The notes under the pieces were generated by a model. It was not told the DNA's origin and made no database searches. It saw nothing but the letters and a program-made list of their open reading frames with translations. A program made the translations under genes and the position numbers. A DNA stretch of 64,000 nt from the NCBI GenBank assembly GCA_013239625.1, contig MU054338.1, forward strand, positions 3,371,371-3,435,370. The letters run 5' to 3'. This document shows positions 12,291-25,340 of this stretch, one piece after another; the stretch's first letter is position 1; each line of letters begins with the position of its first letter. The DNA is from Lama guanicoe. Taxonomy: Eukaryota.

Positions 12291-14209
12291 CTGGTGCCTC
12301 TTGCTGCAGGCTGCACTTGCCATCTAAGGAGCACAGCCATCCTTGAGCAGGTGTGGCCTTGCAAGGCTCACGCCTCCTGCTTTTGCTGGTAACATTCATT
12401 TTGCTGTGGCCTTTGGAGCAGTGGACAGTTGGCAGATGGTGAATAAGCGCTGGCTTCTATTCCCGGTTTGGCCACTGGCTGGCTGTGTGATTTCGGACAG
12501 GTTACTTGCCCTCTCTGTACCCCAGCCTTCCCTTCCATAAAATGGAGCTGCTGATGGTCCCCTGCGTAGTGAACTGGGCCAACCAGGAAAGCGCTGATCA
12601 TGCCGTCTGAGCACCAGCACCTGTTCTCAGGTCATCATTGTCTATGAGTTTGCAAATGACCTTGCTGGGGATATGGGGGTGACATGGGGGAGACAGGATG
12701 TGTCTTGTGGCCTCTGGGAGCTGGGTACTTGTCCAGGGGGACAGTACAGCATCTTGGCTGCTTTTCCTGCCGGGCTGATTTCCCAGCTGCCGGGGGCAGT
12801 ACGGCAGTACTGGTGTTCCCCTCCAGTGAGCAGGAGGTAGAGAAACGGGGCTGTGGGCAGTGAGCCTGGTGGGGCGTCCCCATGAAGGAGCAGAGACACC
12901 CACCACGGAGCCCACAGGTGTGGGGCCCCTGGGCAGGGCTGAGTGGGCAGCATGGGAGGGGAGGGGGCCTCGGTCAGGGAGCGGAGTGATTCCTCCAGGA
13001 GCGCGGGTGTGAAAGGCCTCATTATTCAGGTGGAGTGATGGCATGTGGCACTGGGATAGATCCTCCCTCCCAGACGCTTTATGGATCATCTGACATTTCC
13101 AGCTTGCAGCCTCTTCATTACCGGCACTTGTAACGATGAATTAAAAATCCTTTTACACGAGGCTCACTTGTACTGACTAATGGAGCCGCGCAAGGAAGCC
13201 AGTGGTTAACTCCTGCTTGCCCGGCCACCTGCCTGCCTGCCTGCGGCCACACGCAGGCCACAGGCTCCAGACGGTCACTCCTGGGCATCCGCCCATCCAT
13301 TTGTCCCCGTGACTCCCTGGCTGCCGGCTCTGGGTGCCTGGGGGTCCTGGTGAGTGGGGGCTGACCCAGGCCGCCTTGAACCTGTTCTGCCTGTCTCATC
13401 GGCCCCGGGGCCCGTTTCAGGCCCTGATAGGGGGAAAGGTGGGCTTTTGCCACAGCGGGTGGGCAGGCGGGCAGAGGGCTCAGGATGGGGGCAGGCCCGA
13501 GACGTCGGACTCCATGCCTCATTAGCATCTGCATGCAGGGGTGGCCTCCATGGCCAACGGCATGCCCACTGTGGCCCTCAGCCTCCTCCTGGCTGCTGCT
13601 CTCTACAGACACCCTGCACCCCGTCCTCAAACTCACAGCCTCCAGTGAGGGAGACCCAGACACAGGACGCACCCTTAAGGCAGCCCTGCACTCGGCCGCT
13701 GACAGATGGTGGCCGGGGTGGCGCCCACGTCCTCACAACAGGGAAAGAGGATAGTGAGCCGCCACACGGGCTGGGGTGAACCTTCGGTCTTCTCCTGGGC
13801 CTCAGCCGTGGGGTCGCGGCCCTGTCTCTAGACGCCTGTTCTCCGCCTTCCGCTCCCTGTGGAGCCACGCAGAGGCCCAGTCCTCGAGGGCCATGTTGTG
13901 TGTCTGCGCCTGTCTCTGTGGGTGGGCAGATCAGGCATCGACAGTTTAATAATGAGCTCTCACTGCCATCGATCCTGGGTCCTCATTCCTGCAGTGCCTT
14001 TGCTGTGGGGCTTGCCTGGCTTTTGAACATGGTTAACAGTGATAAGGGCAGCTTATTAAATGCCCAGAGGGACAGGCTGGTGGCTGCCTAGCGGCGGCTG
14101 GGCCTGGGCCTGGGAGCTGATGCCTAGCAGAGCAGGTGGGCCTGGGCAGGGCGTTCCCACCTGGTGGGCCCTCTGCCCTTTCGTAGGAAGGGGCTACACC
14201 GCAGCACCT

Positions 14210-14570
14210 TCTTTTCAGAATTAAGATAAAGTCTCCCATTTCAGAGGGAACGTTTCAGTGGCTTTTAGTTTATTCACAATAAGGCAACCATTGCCTCCAT
14301 CTAGTTCCGGAACATTTGCATCAGCCCAGAAGAAACCCCAGCCCATTGCAGCTACCCCGCCCCCAGCCCCTCTCCCAGCCCCTGACAACCACTAACCCCC
14401 TCCCTGTGTCTGTGGACTGGCCTGTTCTGGACGTTTCACATCCACGAAATCACGCACTGCGTGTCCTTCTGTATCTGCTTGCTCACTGAGCATCATGCCC
14501 TCAGGGTCCGTCCATGTGGCCGTGGGCGGCAGTGCTGCTCTCCTGTTCACGGCTGAGTCGTGTTCCCATG
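14210..14570 (-). mobile_element. Old L1 (L1MB-like) 3' end
   Basis: Typical L1M 3'-end phrasing; remnant ATWTDPEGMMLSE. Confidence 0.75.
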
Positions 14571-14911
14571 TGTGATTTTTATTTATTTGCTTACTTACTT
14601 TTTGGTGCCTGTTCCAGGCAGCTCTGTGGAGGAATGGGTGGAAAAGCATACAGGAAGTGCTCCTGAGTTGGGGGGCCTGGCGGGGGCTTGGGGGGCTCTA
14701 AACAGTGGTCAAGACTCCCGGCCAAGGGGACCTCTGTGGGGTTCTCCCAGGGTGCCCCCATCCAGGGCTTGCCGCCCGGCCTCCATATTCCCACCCTGGG
14801 TCTGGGAGTCATTCCCAGAGGACAGACCTGGGCACCCAATAAGGAGGCTTCTGGCCCCAGAGGCCAGAGGTGCTGGCTGGAGCCCCATTTCCATGGCCCA
14901 TGTTCCCCTAG

Positions 14912-15872
<961 letters not shown>

Positions 15873-16035
15873 GTGAGGGTCCTGTTTCCCAGGGACAGGG
15901 ACAGGGCTGGGGCAGGGCCCTAGAGAGGCCCCACTGGGGATGGTAGCCTTGGCCTGCTGGCTGAGATGGTCAGCACAAGCTGGGTGGCCTCCGACAGTCT
16001 GCTGTTTTACCCTTTAGAGGTGTCTCCCCACGGAA

Positions 16036-16038
<3 letters not shown>

Positions 16039-16074
<36 letters not shown>
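16039..16074. repeat. (GT)18 microsatellite in a KDM4B intron
   Basis: Directly visible perfect dinucleotide run. Confidence 0.95.
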
Positions 16075-16076
<2 letters not shown>

Positions 16077-16354
16077 GGACATACGTAACAGAAACTTTAC
16101 TGTTTTAGCCGTTTTTAAATGGACAGTCCAGTGCCCCTGATTTTTAAAAACTCAAGTCGGCTGTGAGTTTCTTCCCATGACTGTGGAAGAGAGATTATTG
16201 AAAAATGTGGACTCTTAGAAGAAACTCCCCGTATCCCAGTAATGAGACGGTGGCTCTGACCCTGTGCTGCTTCCTGAGGCCCCCTGCTGGGTGGGGCCGG
16301 TGGGTGGCGGGCGAGCAGGGACACCCGCAGGGCGGGTGCAGAGTCTCCGGCTGA

Positions 16355-16474
<120 letters not shown>

Positions 16475-17089
16475 TGAGTGGGGGGCTGCCCATGCAGGTG
16501 GCCTCGACCTCCCACCTCTGCTTTTGCCTGTTCTGGGGTGGGAGGGGCGGTGAGCAGGGAGGAGACGGCAGGGACTGAACAGGGATCTGAGCTGCAGGTT
16601 GGCGGTACCAAGAGGAACGGGCTTGTCTCTCCACCTTTCACTGTGTTCTTTCTCTCATGTTTAATCCAAAGGCAAGGTTTTGAGGGGCAGGGGCTGCGGC
16701 CATGGGTGGAAGAGCTGAGTCAAGCGGGTGGGGGTCTCGGACATGAGGTTTACTTGGAGACGGCAGGGCGCAGCCGGCAGATGGACAGCCTTGTGCGCGC
16801 CTGGCCTCCTGCCCTCTGTGGACGCACGGCTGTCAGTGGGACAGGCCAGCCCGGGCACCCGTTCTGCTAGGGGCCAGTGACTGGGAGGTTAGGGCCCCTT
16901 CTCCACCTGCTGGGGGGCTCCCTCACAGGATAAGATGGGGGTTCGTGCCAGGGCAGGAGGAGCTGTCCCAGTGAGACCTATCTCTCAGAAGGTCAGAAGG
17001 TCGGCGGCTGAGGGACGGTGGCCCGGGGCCATTGTCTCCAGCAGGGCTGGCACATTCTCCAGCAAAGCCCTCAGCGAGCAGAGCCCCCA

Positions 17090-17396
17090 TTTGTCTGTTC
17101 TGGCTGCTGTAACCAAATACTGCAGACTGGGCGGCTTAAACAACAAACACTATTTCCCACAGTCCTAGAGGCTGGAAGTCCAGGATCAAGGCACCGGCAG
17201 AGGCTGGCCGGGTGCTGATCTGCAGACAGCCATCTTGTGTCCTCACGCGGTGGGGAGAGAGAGAGAGCAAGAAAGGGTCCCTTTATAAGGTCACTGACCT
17301 CACTCACAAGGGCCCCATGCTCATGACCTAATCACCTTCCAGAGGCCCGGCTCCTAATGCCATCACACGGGGGTGGGGGGCTTCAGTCCACAGCAC
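17090..17396. mobile_element. MaLR LTR (MLT1A-like) in the last KDM4B intron
   Basis: ggctgctgtaaccaaatactgcagactgggcggcttaaacaac...ggctggaagtccaggatcaagg...catgacctaatcacct. Confidence 0.8.
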
Positions 17397-17437
17397 CCCC
17401 CCCTGCACTAACCCCTGTGCTGTCTGGTCTCCTGCAG

Positions 17438-17614
17438 TCGGTCAGCACTGGGGCTCCGCAGGAAAGCGTCTTCTCGGGAGAGGAGGTGAAGGCCGCCAAG
17501 CGCCCGCGGGTGGGTACCCCTCGCGCTGCGGAGGACTCGGGGCGGAACCCGGACTACCTGGCCTTCATGGAGAGCCTCCTGCAGGCGCAGTGCCGGCCCG
17601 GAGCCCCCTTCTAG
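17438..17614 (+). CDS. KDM4B: KDM4B terminal coding exon
   Basis: ctcctgcag|[12 protein letters not shown]...KAAKRPRVG...[13 protein letters not shown], stop TAG 17612-17614. The 12 exons total 1961 nt (2 nt + 653 codons), consistent with one frame. Confidence 0.96.
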   Translation, partial: SVSTGAPQESVFSGEEVKAAKRPRVGTPRAAEDSGRNPDYLAFMESLLQAQCRPGAPF

Positions 17615-18858
17615 GACAGCCGGCTGCCTGGCCACCCCTCGGCCCAGCAAGGCAGGCGCGGTGGGCCCTGGCGTTTGCTTGCTGTGAATCCCTGTCCTCG
17701 CCTCCCCGGCCTGAGAGGCTACCTCGGTGACAGGAGCAAGCAGGACGCCGCACACGCCCCCGGACTCAGGGAGCAGGGCCACGCGGGCTCTGGGGGCCTG
17801 CGGGGGCACGCGCCACCCCCACAACCCAGATTCGTAAACCACGTAAGCTCTTCTTCTCGAAAAGGTGCTACTGCATTGCCTGCCTCCTGAGCAGCCTTTG
17901 AGATTGTGACTTCTGTACATAAATCACCTTTGTGACGTTCTTTCTATAAATACCTATTGTTTTAAAAAAATGCAAGAAAAAAAGGAAAGAAAAGGAAAAA
18001 AATCCCCAAAGTTGTTTTCTAGATTTGTGGCTTTCGAAACAAAACAAATCAAAACAAAACAAAATGTCCTTTTTCTCAGAACCGGCATAACTGCGGGAGA
18101 TGGAAGCAGCTCGTCTTTTTGTTTGTGGTGCTTTCCGGCCTCCCTGGTCTGTGAGCGGTGGGGATGCGCTGCGGGCCTGGGGCCACAGGGAGGCGAGGGC
18201 CAGACGCCTGGGGACCCAGGACGGTGGCGCCGGGGGTCACTAGCTCTCCCGGTTGATCAAGAGATTGAGAAGGTCTGGGCGGCTGGCATGGCCTCTTCGG
18301 CCGCCTGCGCCCAGTGGGAGGAGGCCGGCAGCTCCCTGGGTGGCCTCCCGGTCTGCCGGGGGGGCCTTTCCAAAATAAATGGTGGCTCCATCTTCTGTTT
18401 CTTCCCCTCGGAGGACCATTCCTAGCTGAGGCCTTGGGTGGGAGGCCCTTGGGGGTCTAGCTGTGGCCCTGTGTGCAGGGGCTCTTCCCTGACCCCGAGG
18501 GGCTGGCAGCATTCTGGGTCCCCTCTGCGATGCGTGGATTCGTGTGTCCAGGAGAGAGCATGAGAAGGTGTTGCTGCTTTCAGCTCAAAGGAAAGTTGCC
18601 TCTTACGAGGTGTGGGCTGAATTTCCGGGTGAAAATGTGCAACTTGGCCCTGGGCCTGGGAACGAGGGAGCTGGCTCAGCCCACCCCCCTGTTCCCTGCA
18701 GAGGGATTGAGAACATAATTTGCATTAAAAAAAAAACCAAAAAATTTGAAAAAGAGGCTCTACCGGTTGCCAGGCCAGAGAGAACTGTGTAAGGAAAGTG
18801 GCGAGACCCTTCCTTGGTGGGGGGAGGGGCAGGTGCCCTGGACGGGCGGGCGGGGCGG

Positions 18859-18872
18859 NNNNNNNNNNNNNN
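18859..18872. other. Assembly gap (14 N) within a G-run
   Basis: Ns followed by 17 G and preceded by gggcgggcggggcgg. Confidence 0.98.
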
Positions 18873-19290
18873 GGGGGGGGGGGGGGGGGCGAGGGGAGTC
18901 GGTGAAATGTGGGGGTTCCCTCTGCATGCAGCAGCCCCCCCCAGCGCTGTCACTATGTTCATATGTAGTTTGAAAATGCTATTTATATTGTAAAGAGAAT
19001 AAAAAGAAGCGGGCAGCCGCTCTGCAGCCCGGGTGGGGTGGGAGGGCCAGCCCCATGGCCGGTCCCTCTGGGCGGCACCCCGTCCGCTGGTCATGGGTTC
19101 CCGGACAACTTGTGCAGACGGGGGGCGGCCTGGTGAAGGGAAGCGCACACTCTCCCCACCAAGCTGTATCTGTGTCTATGTTCGAAAATGAAAAACAATG
19201 AAACCCCACCCATCCTGATTTTTTTTCCCGCCCGAGATTAAGGATGCGCTGTATTTTTGCCTAATTCTCCTGCCTCTAGGTTCATAATGA

Positions 19291-19296
19291 ATTAAA
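19291..19296 (+). terminator. Probable KDM4B poly(A) signal ATTAAA
   Basis: Most distal hexamer before repeat-rich DNA begins; upstream TGTA and T-rich tract, downstream G/T-rich sequence. Confidence 0.55.
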
Positions 19297-19839
19297 GGCT
19301 CGTGAGCACTGCGAGTTACAGCTCCAGGTCGTTGCAGCGTCTTCATTTCTGGTGGCAGGTGGTCCCCGGGCGGGGGGTGGGCTCGCATCGCCCCTCCAGG
19401 ACGGAACAGGCGTGGGGCCTCCCCAGAGGAGGAGCTGGGCCTGGCCCTGCAGCCTCTGCTCCCAGCCTCCAGGGAGGAGGAAGCGTTCTTTGGAGCTGGA
19501 CATCTGAAGCTTGTGTCCACACAGACCCTCCCCAGAGGCTGTCGGGTCCCCATCTCAGGCGGGCCTTGGCAGAGGTGGCTGTGGCAAGCAGGTCCCCTCT
19601 GCAAGACAGCTGGGCGGGACTCTGCCTGACCCCTTGCTTGTCAAGGGCTAGCGGCCACCCTCTCCCCTTGCCCTCCCAGCCTCAACCCAGCCTTGTGACA
19701 TCTGAGCTTTTTGTGGTGGGCAGCCACTGGGCATGCGAGACAGTGGGGTGTCGCCATGGAATGAAGCTAGCCCCTGTATTCATGACCCTGTCACTCGTCC
19801 AGCCAGGACTGGGAATACAGGACCATCGAAGTAGGTCTG

Positions 19840-20300
19840 ACCCCCGCCCGCCCGGAGCTGACACCGGTGGGAAAGGTAAACAGTAGGTAAAACACATGGA
19901 ATGTCAACTGTGATACAGAGAACAGGGAGCCCTGAAGAAGATGAGGGGGTGAGCCCTGGGACATCTTGAGGCACCGCTTGTGCAAAGGTCCTGGGGCAGG
20001 ACTGTGCCTGGTGTGCTGGAGGAACAGCAAGGAGGCCTGTGTGGCTGGAGCAGAGTGACTAGAAGAGGAAGAGGAGGTGAGGGCAGGGAGGGGACAGGAG
20101 CAGGTTGTGTGGGGCCTTGTGGGCTGTGGGGAGGACTCTGGCTTCTACCTTAAGGGAGGTGGGAGCCCTGGAGGACTGTGGGCAGAGGTTAGCAGGACCT
20201 GATGCAGGTGCTCTTAGATGCCCTCTGGCTACTGAGGGGAGAACAGACTGTGGGGCAAGGTGCGACCTGGGGGCCCAGGGCAGAGGGGCCTGCCCTGAGC
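19840..20300. mobile_element. L2 fragment
   Basis: gtgcaaaggtcctggggcagga...ggaacagcaaggaggcctgtgtggctggagcagagtga L2 signature. Confidence 0.75.
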
Positions 20301-21349
20301 ACTTCAAAAGATGACTTTGCCATGACCTGGGAGGGGCAGGCTGGGGTGAGGAGAGGCCAGCAGCTCAGATGTGAGCACAGCCCCCCCACATGAAGGTACC
20401 CGGCTGGATGCGGGGCCTCGGGTCAGGGGAGGACCTTGACAAGAGGTACTTACTGGACAGGTGGGCCTGGGCTGTCCACGCAGTGCAGCGACATGGGGAA
20501 GCCAGGAGCATGGGATGTGGGCTGTGGACCTGGGGTGCCCCTTCTGGGCCTGTTTTCCTTCTTGAAGAATGGGCATCCTTGCAGGGTGCTGTGTCCTGAG
20601 CAGATTTTCTCTGATGAAATCTCCATCCAGCCTCTGCCACCCTCGCCCCACCTCTCAGACCCCCTTTCAGGGAGATGCTGCCTGCAGTGCCCTCACAGAC
20701 CCAGTTCCCCCGTCTGCCAAGGGGAGGCGGGGAGGGGGCCCTGCAGCACCGACTGGGCCGGCCAGCATCCTCTGAGCCTGGCTGGGGCCTGGTAGATATG
20801 GTCAGTCCTTGGTCCCAAGGAGGGGGCTGCAGACAGCAGCGCATGAGCAACTGACCCAGGTGGTCCCGGCCCGGCTGCAGACAGCCCGCTGTTCCCAGCA
20901 CTCTCTGGAAACGTCGCAAAATGGGAAGGCAGTCTGGGACGGGCCGTCGTGGTCTGAGGCCAGGGCTGAGACACCAGACTGGATCCCCAGCTGTGCAGCC
21001 AGGTGGAGCTGATGGGCCCTGCGGTACCCTGGGCGCCGGCCCTGTGCCCAGCAGCCATGGAGTTGGATTCGTTCATTCAGGTGGCAGATATGAACTGCCC
21101 TGTGCCAGGATCCAGGGAAGTGGCTGAGGAAGAGGGAGGCACAGCTTGTCCGGAGCTTAGAGTTCAGCCAAGCAGGTGAACGGTGGAAACGTAAGGCACT
21201 GCAAGCACAACTTTGACATGTGTCCTGAAGGACCGAAGCAGAGACAGAGGGTGAGCCGTGGCCCCAGGGATCCTGCAAGAGTGTCAGAGAGGCTTCTAAA
21301 GAGGCGATGTTTGGATCTGACCCGCGTCGCTACCCTGGCCTCCTAGCCC

Positions 21350-21560
21350 GAGGCCCCACGGCCTGCAGCCCTCAGGCCACATCTGGCCTGCTTGTTTCTG
21401 TAAATAAAGCTGCATTGGCACGCAGCCACGCCCGTTCACTTAGTACCACCTATGGTGGCTTTTGCCCTTTGAGGGAGGGCTGAGCGGTAGCAGCTGGACC
21501 ACCTGGCCCCCAAAACCAGACATACTTGGTATCTGGCCCTTTATAGAAAAAACTGCTCAC
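21350..21560. mobile_element. MER58-like hAT element (similar copies near 30600-30900 and 49410-49600)
   Basis: gtaaataaagctgcattggcacgcagccacgcccgttca...tatctggccctttatagaaaaaa. Confidence 0.65.
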
Positions 21561-22774
21561 TTGAGACCTAAAATGAGAGGTGGCAGCCCCCACACCCGCT
21601 CCATGCCTCCAGCAAATCATCCTCCCACGGGGCATTCCTTCCGTGCCCAGACCCTCCTGGTCTCCCGAAGGCTCCCGATCAGACCCACTGTGCATCCGGC
21701 CGCCCCTCTCGCAGACTGTGGTGGAAAGTGAGACTTAAGCTGCAGCCCCTCCATCCGTCATCCAGCCACTGAGGGCTCTGCCCTCCACACCTGGAGTATC
21801 TCTGCTCATCCTGCCGACTGCTGGTGGGAGGACAAAACACACCCTATGTCCAACCCCTCAGGCTGGCTCCCACCCCTCAGGTCAGCCCCTCTGGCCAGCG
21901 CGGAGCACGACAGCAGGTTAGGGTCTCTGTTCGCCTCTGCAGTCTTCAAGTCCTGGCTCGAGCCCCCTCTGTCACAATTCACAGCTTTTATGATGGTGCT
22001 GAAATCGTTCTGTGCCTGCTCCCCCTCCTCTCCTGGTCACCCCATCTGGGCTGCCCCCCACCCCATGAGGCTCCTGGGGGACACAGTCACAGCCATGCGA
22101 TCACTACCAGGGAGAGGAGCTCCCAAAGATCCCAAGACCAGAAGCCAAGTGCAGGGAGCCCTGTGGCTCTCGGCTGGGCTGAGGGACACGCCGGGGAGTG
22201 TCATTTATGAATTGGATTTACTTGGTGCTTTTGCTCCCTTAATGGAGAGAATAAGAATTATTTGCTGCCATGGGCAGCCTGAGGGGGTGATACACAGGCA
22301 GCGGCGGAGGCAAGGCTGGGAGTAGTGAGTGCCTGGGTACCTAGCATCTCCTTAATACAGCATCCATCCAGCCGCTCACCAGGTGGCAGGGACAGATGGC
22401 TCCCCTCCCAGCAGCTTCCTGGAGTGGTGGGGAGGGGCCTCTCAGGCCAAGGCCACCTCCCTTCCCCCTCACCCAGTGACCCCAGCAGCCGCCTTACTTT
22501 AGAAACACAAAACCCAAGACGTGGGTGCAAAACAAAACCTTTGGAAAGAGTTTGTGTGGCCCTGGCCCTTCCGAGCGGCCCTGCTGGCCCCGAACACTTA
22601 CTGCTCCATTGTCCCTGTATTAGTTTCAAAGGACCATTAACTGGTGGCTTAAAACAGCTGACATCTATTCTTTCCCTGTCCAGGAGGCCAGAAGTCTGAG
22701 ACCAAGGTGTTACAGGGCCATCTCTTCAGATGCTCCAGGGAAGATTCTTCCTGCCTCTTCCAGCTCCTGTGGGA

Positions 22775-23110
22775 CAGTGAGGAGGCCCGTGTGGCTGGAG
22801 CAGAGGGGGTGAGGGGGAGAGAGGGAGGAGGGGAGGACAGGGAGGGGATGGAGGCAGGTTGTGCAGGTTGTGCATTGTGGGTCATCGGGGAGGACTTGGG
22901 TTTTTACCCCAAGGGAGGTGTGAGCCCTGGAAGGATGTGGGCAGAGGAGGGACCGGACCTTATTCAGGTGTCCACAGGCGCCCTCTGGTGGCTGTGGTGG
23001 TGAGCACAGCCTGTGGGTGGCCAGGGCAGGAGCGGGGAACCTGGGCAGAAGCGACTGAGCTGGTCCAGGCGGGCAGTGATGGGATCCAGACCAGGCAGAA
23101 GCAGCGGAGT
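22775..23110. mobile_element. L2 fragment
   Basis: gaggaggcccgtgtggctggagcagag...ggaggacttgggtttttacc; colinear with the 19840-20300 copy. Confidence 0.75.
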
Positions 23111-25059
23111 GATGGTTCTCTGAGTGTAGCAGCGTGGAGGTCCCTGCTGACCCTGAAAAGGGCAGTTAGAGCAGAGCAGGGGCGGGAATGCCTGGTTGGA
23201 GAAGGGTCCCCATTTTCCCACACAGAACTGCCTTGCTCTTCGGTTTAGAAGTCATATTCCCTTGTCCAGCTGACCGTAATTTGTCTACTCAGTCCCCTGC
23301 TGATGGGAACAGACTTTGCTTCCAGTTTTTCCCAGCTGTGAACGATGCTGCAGCGAAGCAGTGCGTGCTTCTCTTCTTTAGAAGAAATTCCTAAAAGGAA
23401 GAGCATTGCTGGTGGAAGCTTCTCGTCTTTTCATTTCTAATTCCTGCAGCCAGGTGACCCCCAAATACCTCATGCGCTGCCCCCCGTGTGATGGAGGAGG
23501 ACCCTGCAGGACAAGTGCTCTCACCCAGGCTGTGGTCGCCGTTTACTGGGAGGTGAAAAGCTGTATCTGCTCGTGGCCTAAACATTCATTCCTCTTATAA
23601 TGAGCCAGGCTGAGCATCCTTTCAGATGATTAAAAGCCTTGTGTCAGAACTGCCTTGAAACATACTATTTAAAAATTCCCTGATGACCATTTCCCGTCAG
23701 CAATAGGGTTGATTTGATGTTCAATCATTTGCCACACGGATCCATCCAGCTCAGCCTCACTGGCTGGGCTGTGGGGCAGGGGCCACATCCAGACTCTTAT
23801 TTGATTCTGTGAAATTAGAAAAGCCAAGCGCATAATTACTGAGTAGTGAGATCAGTGGTAAGCGGCTGGGAGCTGGGCACCAGCTCACATGAGGATGGCA
23901 AAAATGCAGTCGTGTCGTATTCAAGGGCTTTCGCCTCTGTCCCACTGCAGGCGGGAAAATTGGTCCTTGCATTTGGAGAAGGACCATACACTCTACATCC
24001 CAACTTTTGTTCCATTAACGCTGCAAAGACACATCTGTGTCTATTGAAGCATTTGCATATAGTTTTAAAATATACCCCACAATGAATCATCCATCCCTTT
24101 CTCCAACGGGAAAAGAAAAATCATCATGAATCACTGAAGGGTCAGACCTCTGGTGGCAGAGCCGTTTGTAGGTTTTCTTAAGAAACCCCAGTTTGTTCTC
24201 AGAGTTAGGAATGTTGGCCCCGAAGGGATGGCCCCAGGGCTCCCAAGTGGCTGAACACCTCCTGGTGACTCGCCCCGCGAGCAGCTGTCTGAAATAACAG
24301 GACGTGGGCAGCATGATCGGTATCACGAAGAAATTGTTATCTCAAACACGCATGTTTCAAAAATGCATGCGAGCACCTTTTCCCCAGGAATGCTTGCATC
24401 CTGCAGCAGGCAGTCTTGTCACTGCTGGACAGCTGGAAGAGGCTGGTGGGGCTGTTGTCTAACATTCATCACTTTCTTCATTACTGTGTCCTTGTGAGGA
24501 GGCAAATCCCTGACACTGGCCACGTGGAATTTGTAGTTTACGAGCAACCTTGTATTTCTGTAGCAATGGCTCCTCCTGCTTGTCCGCCAGGCTGGTGGCC
24601 CTTCAGCACCAACCCCACTTCACTTTCCGCGAGCTAACCTGTGGTTCACGAAGACATGCTTAACTATAAGGAGCCTCTTCCTTGGAGAAAAAAATTTCAG
24701 TGATTAAATGGGGCAGGGGCAATTGGTGGAAAGACCCAAAAGACATCCCCAACTACTTCTCCCTGTTTTACCTTAAAGGCTGAGAAATCAAAGTCCTTGC
24801 CTTCCCAGTCTCCCATGGAGCAATGACATGGTTCTGGGCAATGGGGAATTCTAGGGAAGTCTTTTTATTTCCTCATGAAAGGGATAGTCAGGGTTGGTGC
24901 TGCCCTTTTTTTCCCATTCCTCTTACCTCTTCCTCCCATATGGAATGTAGGCATGATGGCTGGAGCCACAGCAGCCATTTTACAATCACGAGAGAGGCTG
25001 AGCAATGTCCTTAACTTCATTTACCCATTAGACTGGTAGCGGTTGCCTATATATAGGGT

Positions 25060-25340
25060 TTAAATACTCTCACCATGGCTGATTTCAAGCTACCAACATG
25101 ATGTCACTGCAGAATTGGAAAAAGAAGTGCGGTAACTTACCATTCATGTTTCCACCAAACAGATACAGTAGATATAAGAAACCCTCAAGAGCTTAGATGA
25201 CAGCAGCACGTAGCAAAATAAGTAGCAAGTGATGAGTTTTGAATACTTATTGCTTTGGTTTTCATACAATTTATTTCTCTGGAAGTTTCTATAATTTTAT
25301 TTTTCATAATGGCTAGATTTTAACAACCAGTTCACAACAA
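25060..25340. mobile_element. MER63-like hAT element
   Basis: catggctgatttcaagctaccaacatgatgtcactg...gtgatgagttttgaatactta, matching recalled consensus. Confidence 0.6.

Larger units (their letters stand above)
17615..19320 (+). other. KDM4B: KDM4B 3'UTR (end approximate)
   Basis: Follows the stop codon; A/T-rich blocks; candidate poly(A) signals AATAAA 18374-18379, AATAAA 18998-19003 and ATTAAA 19291-19296. Confidence 0.65.
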
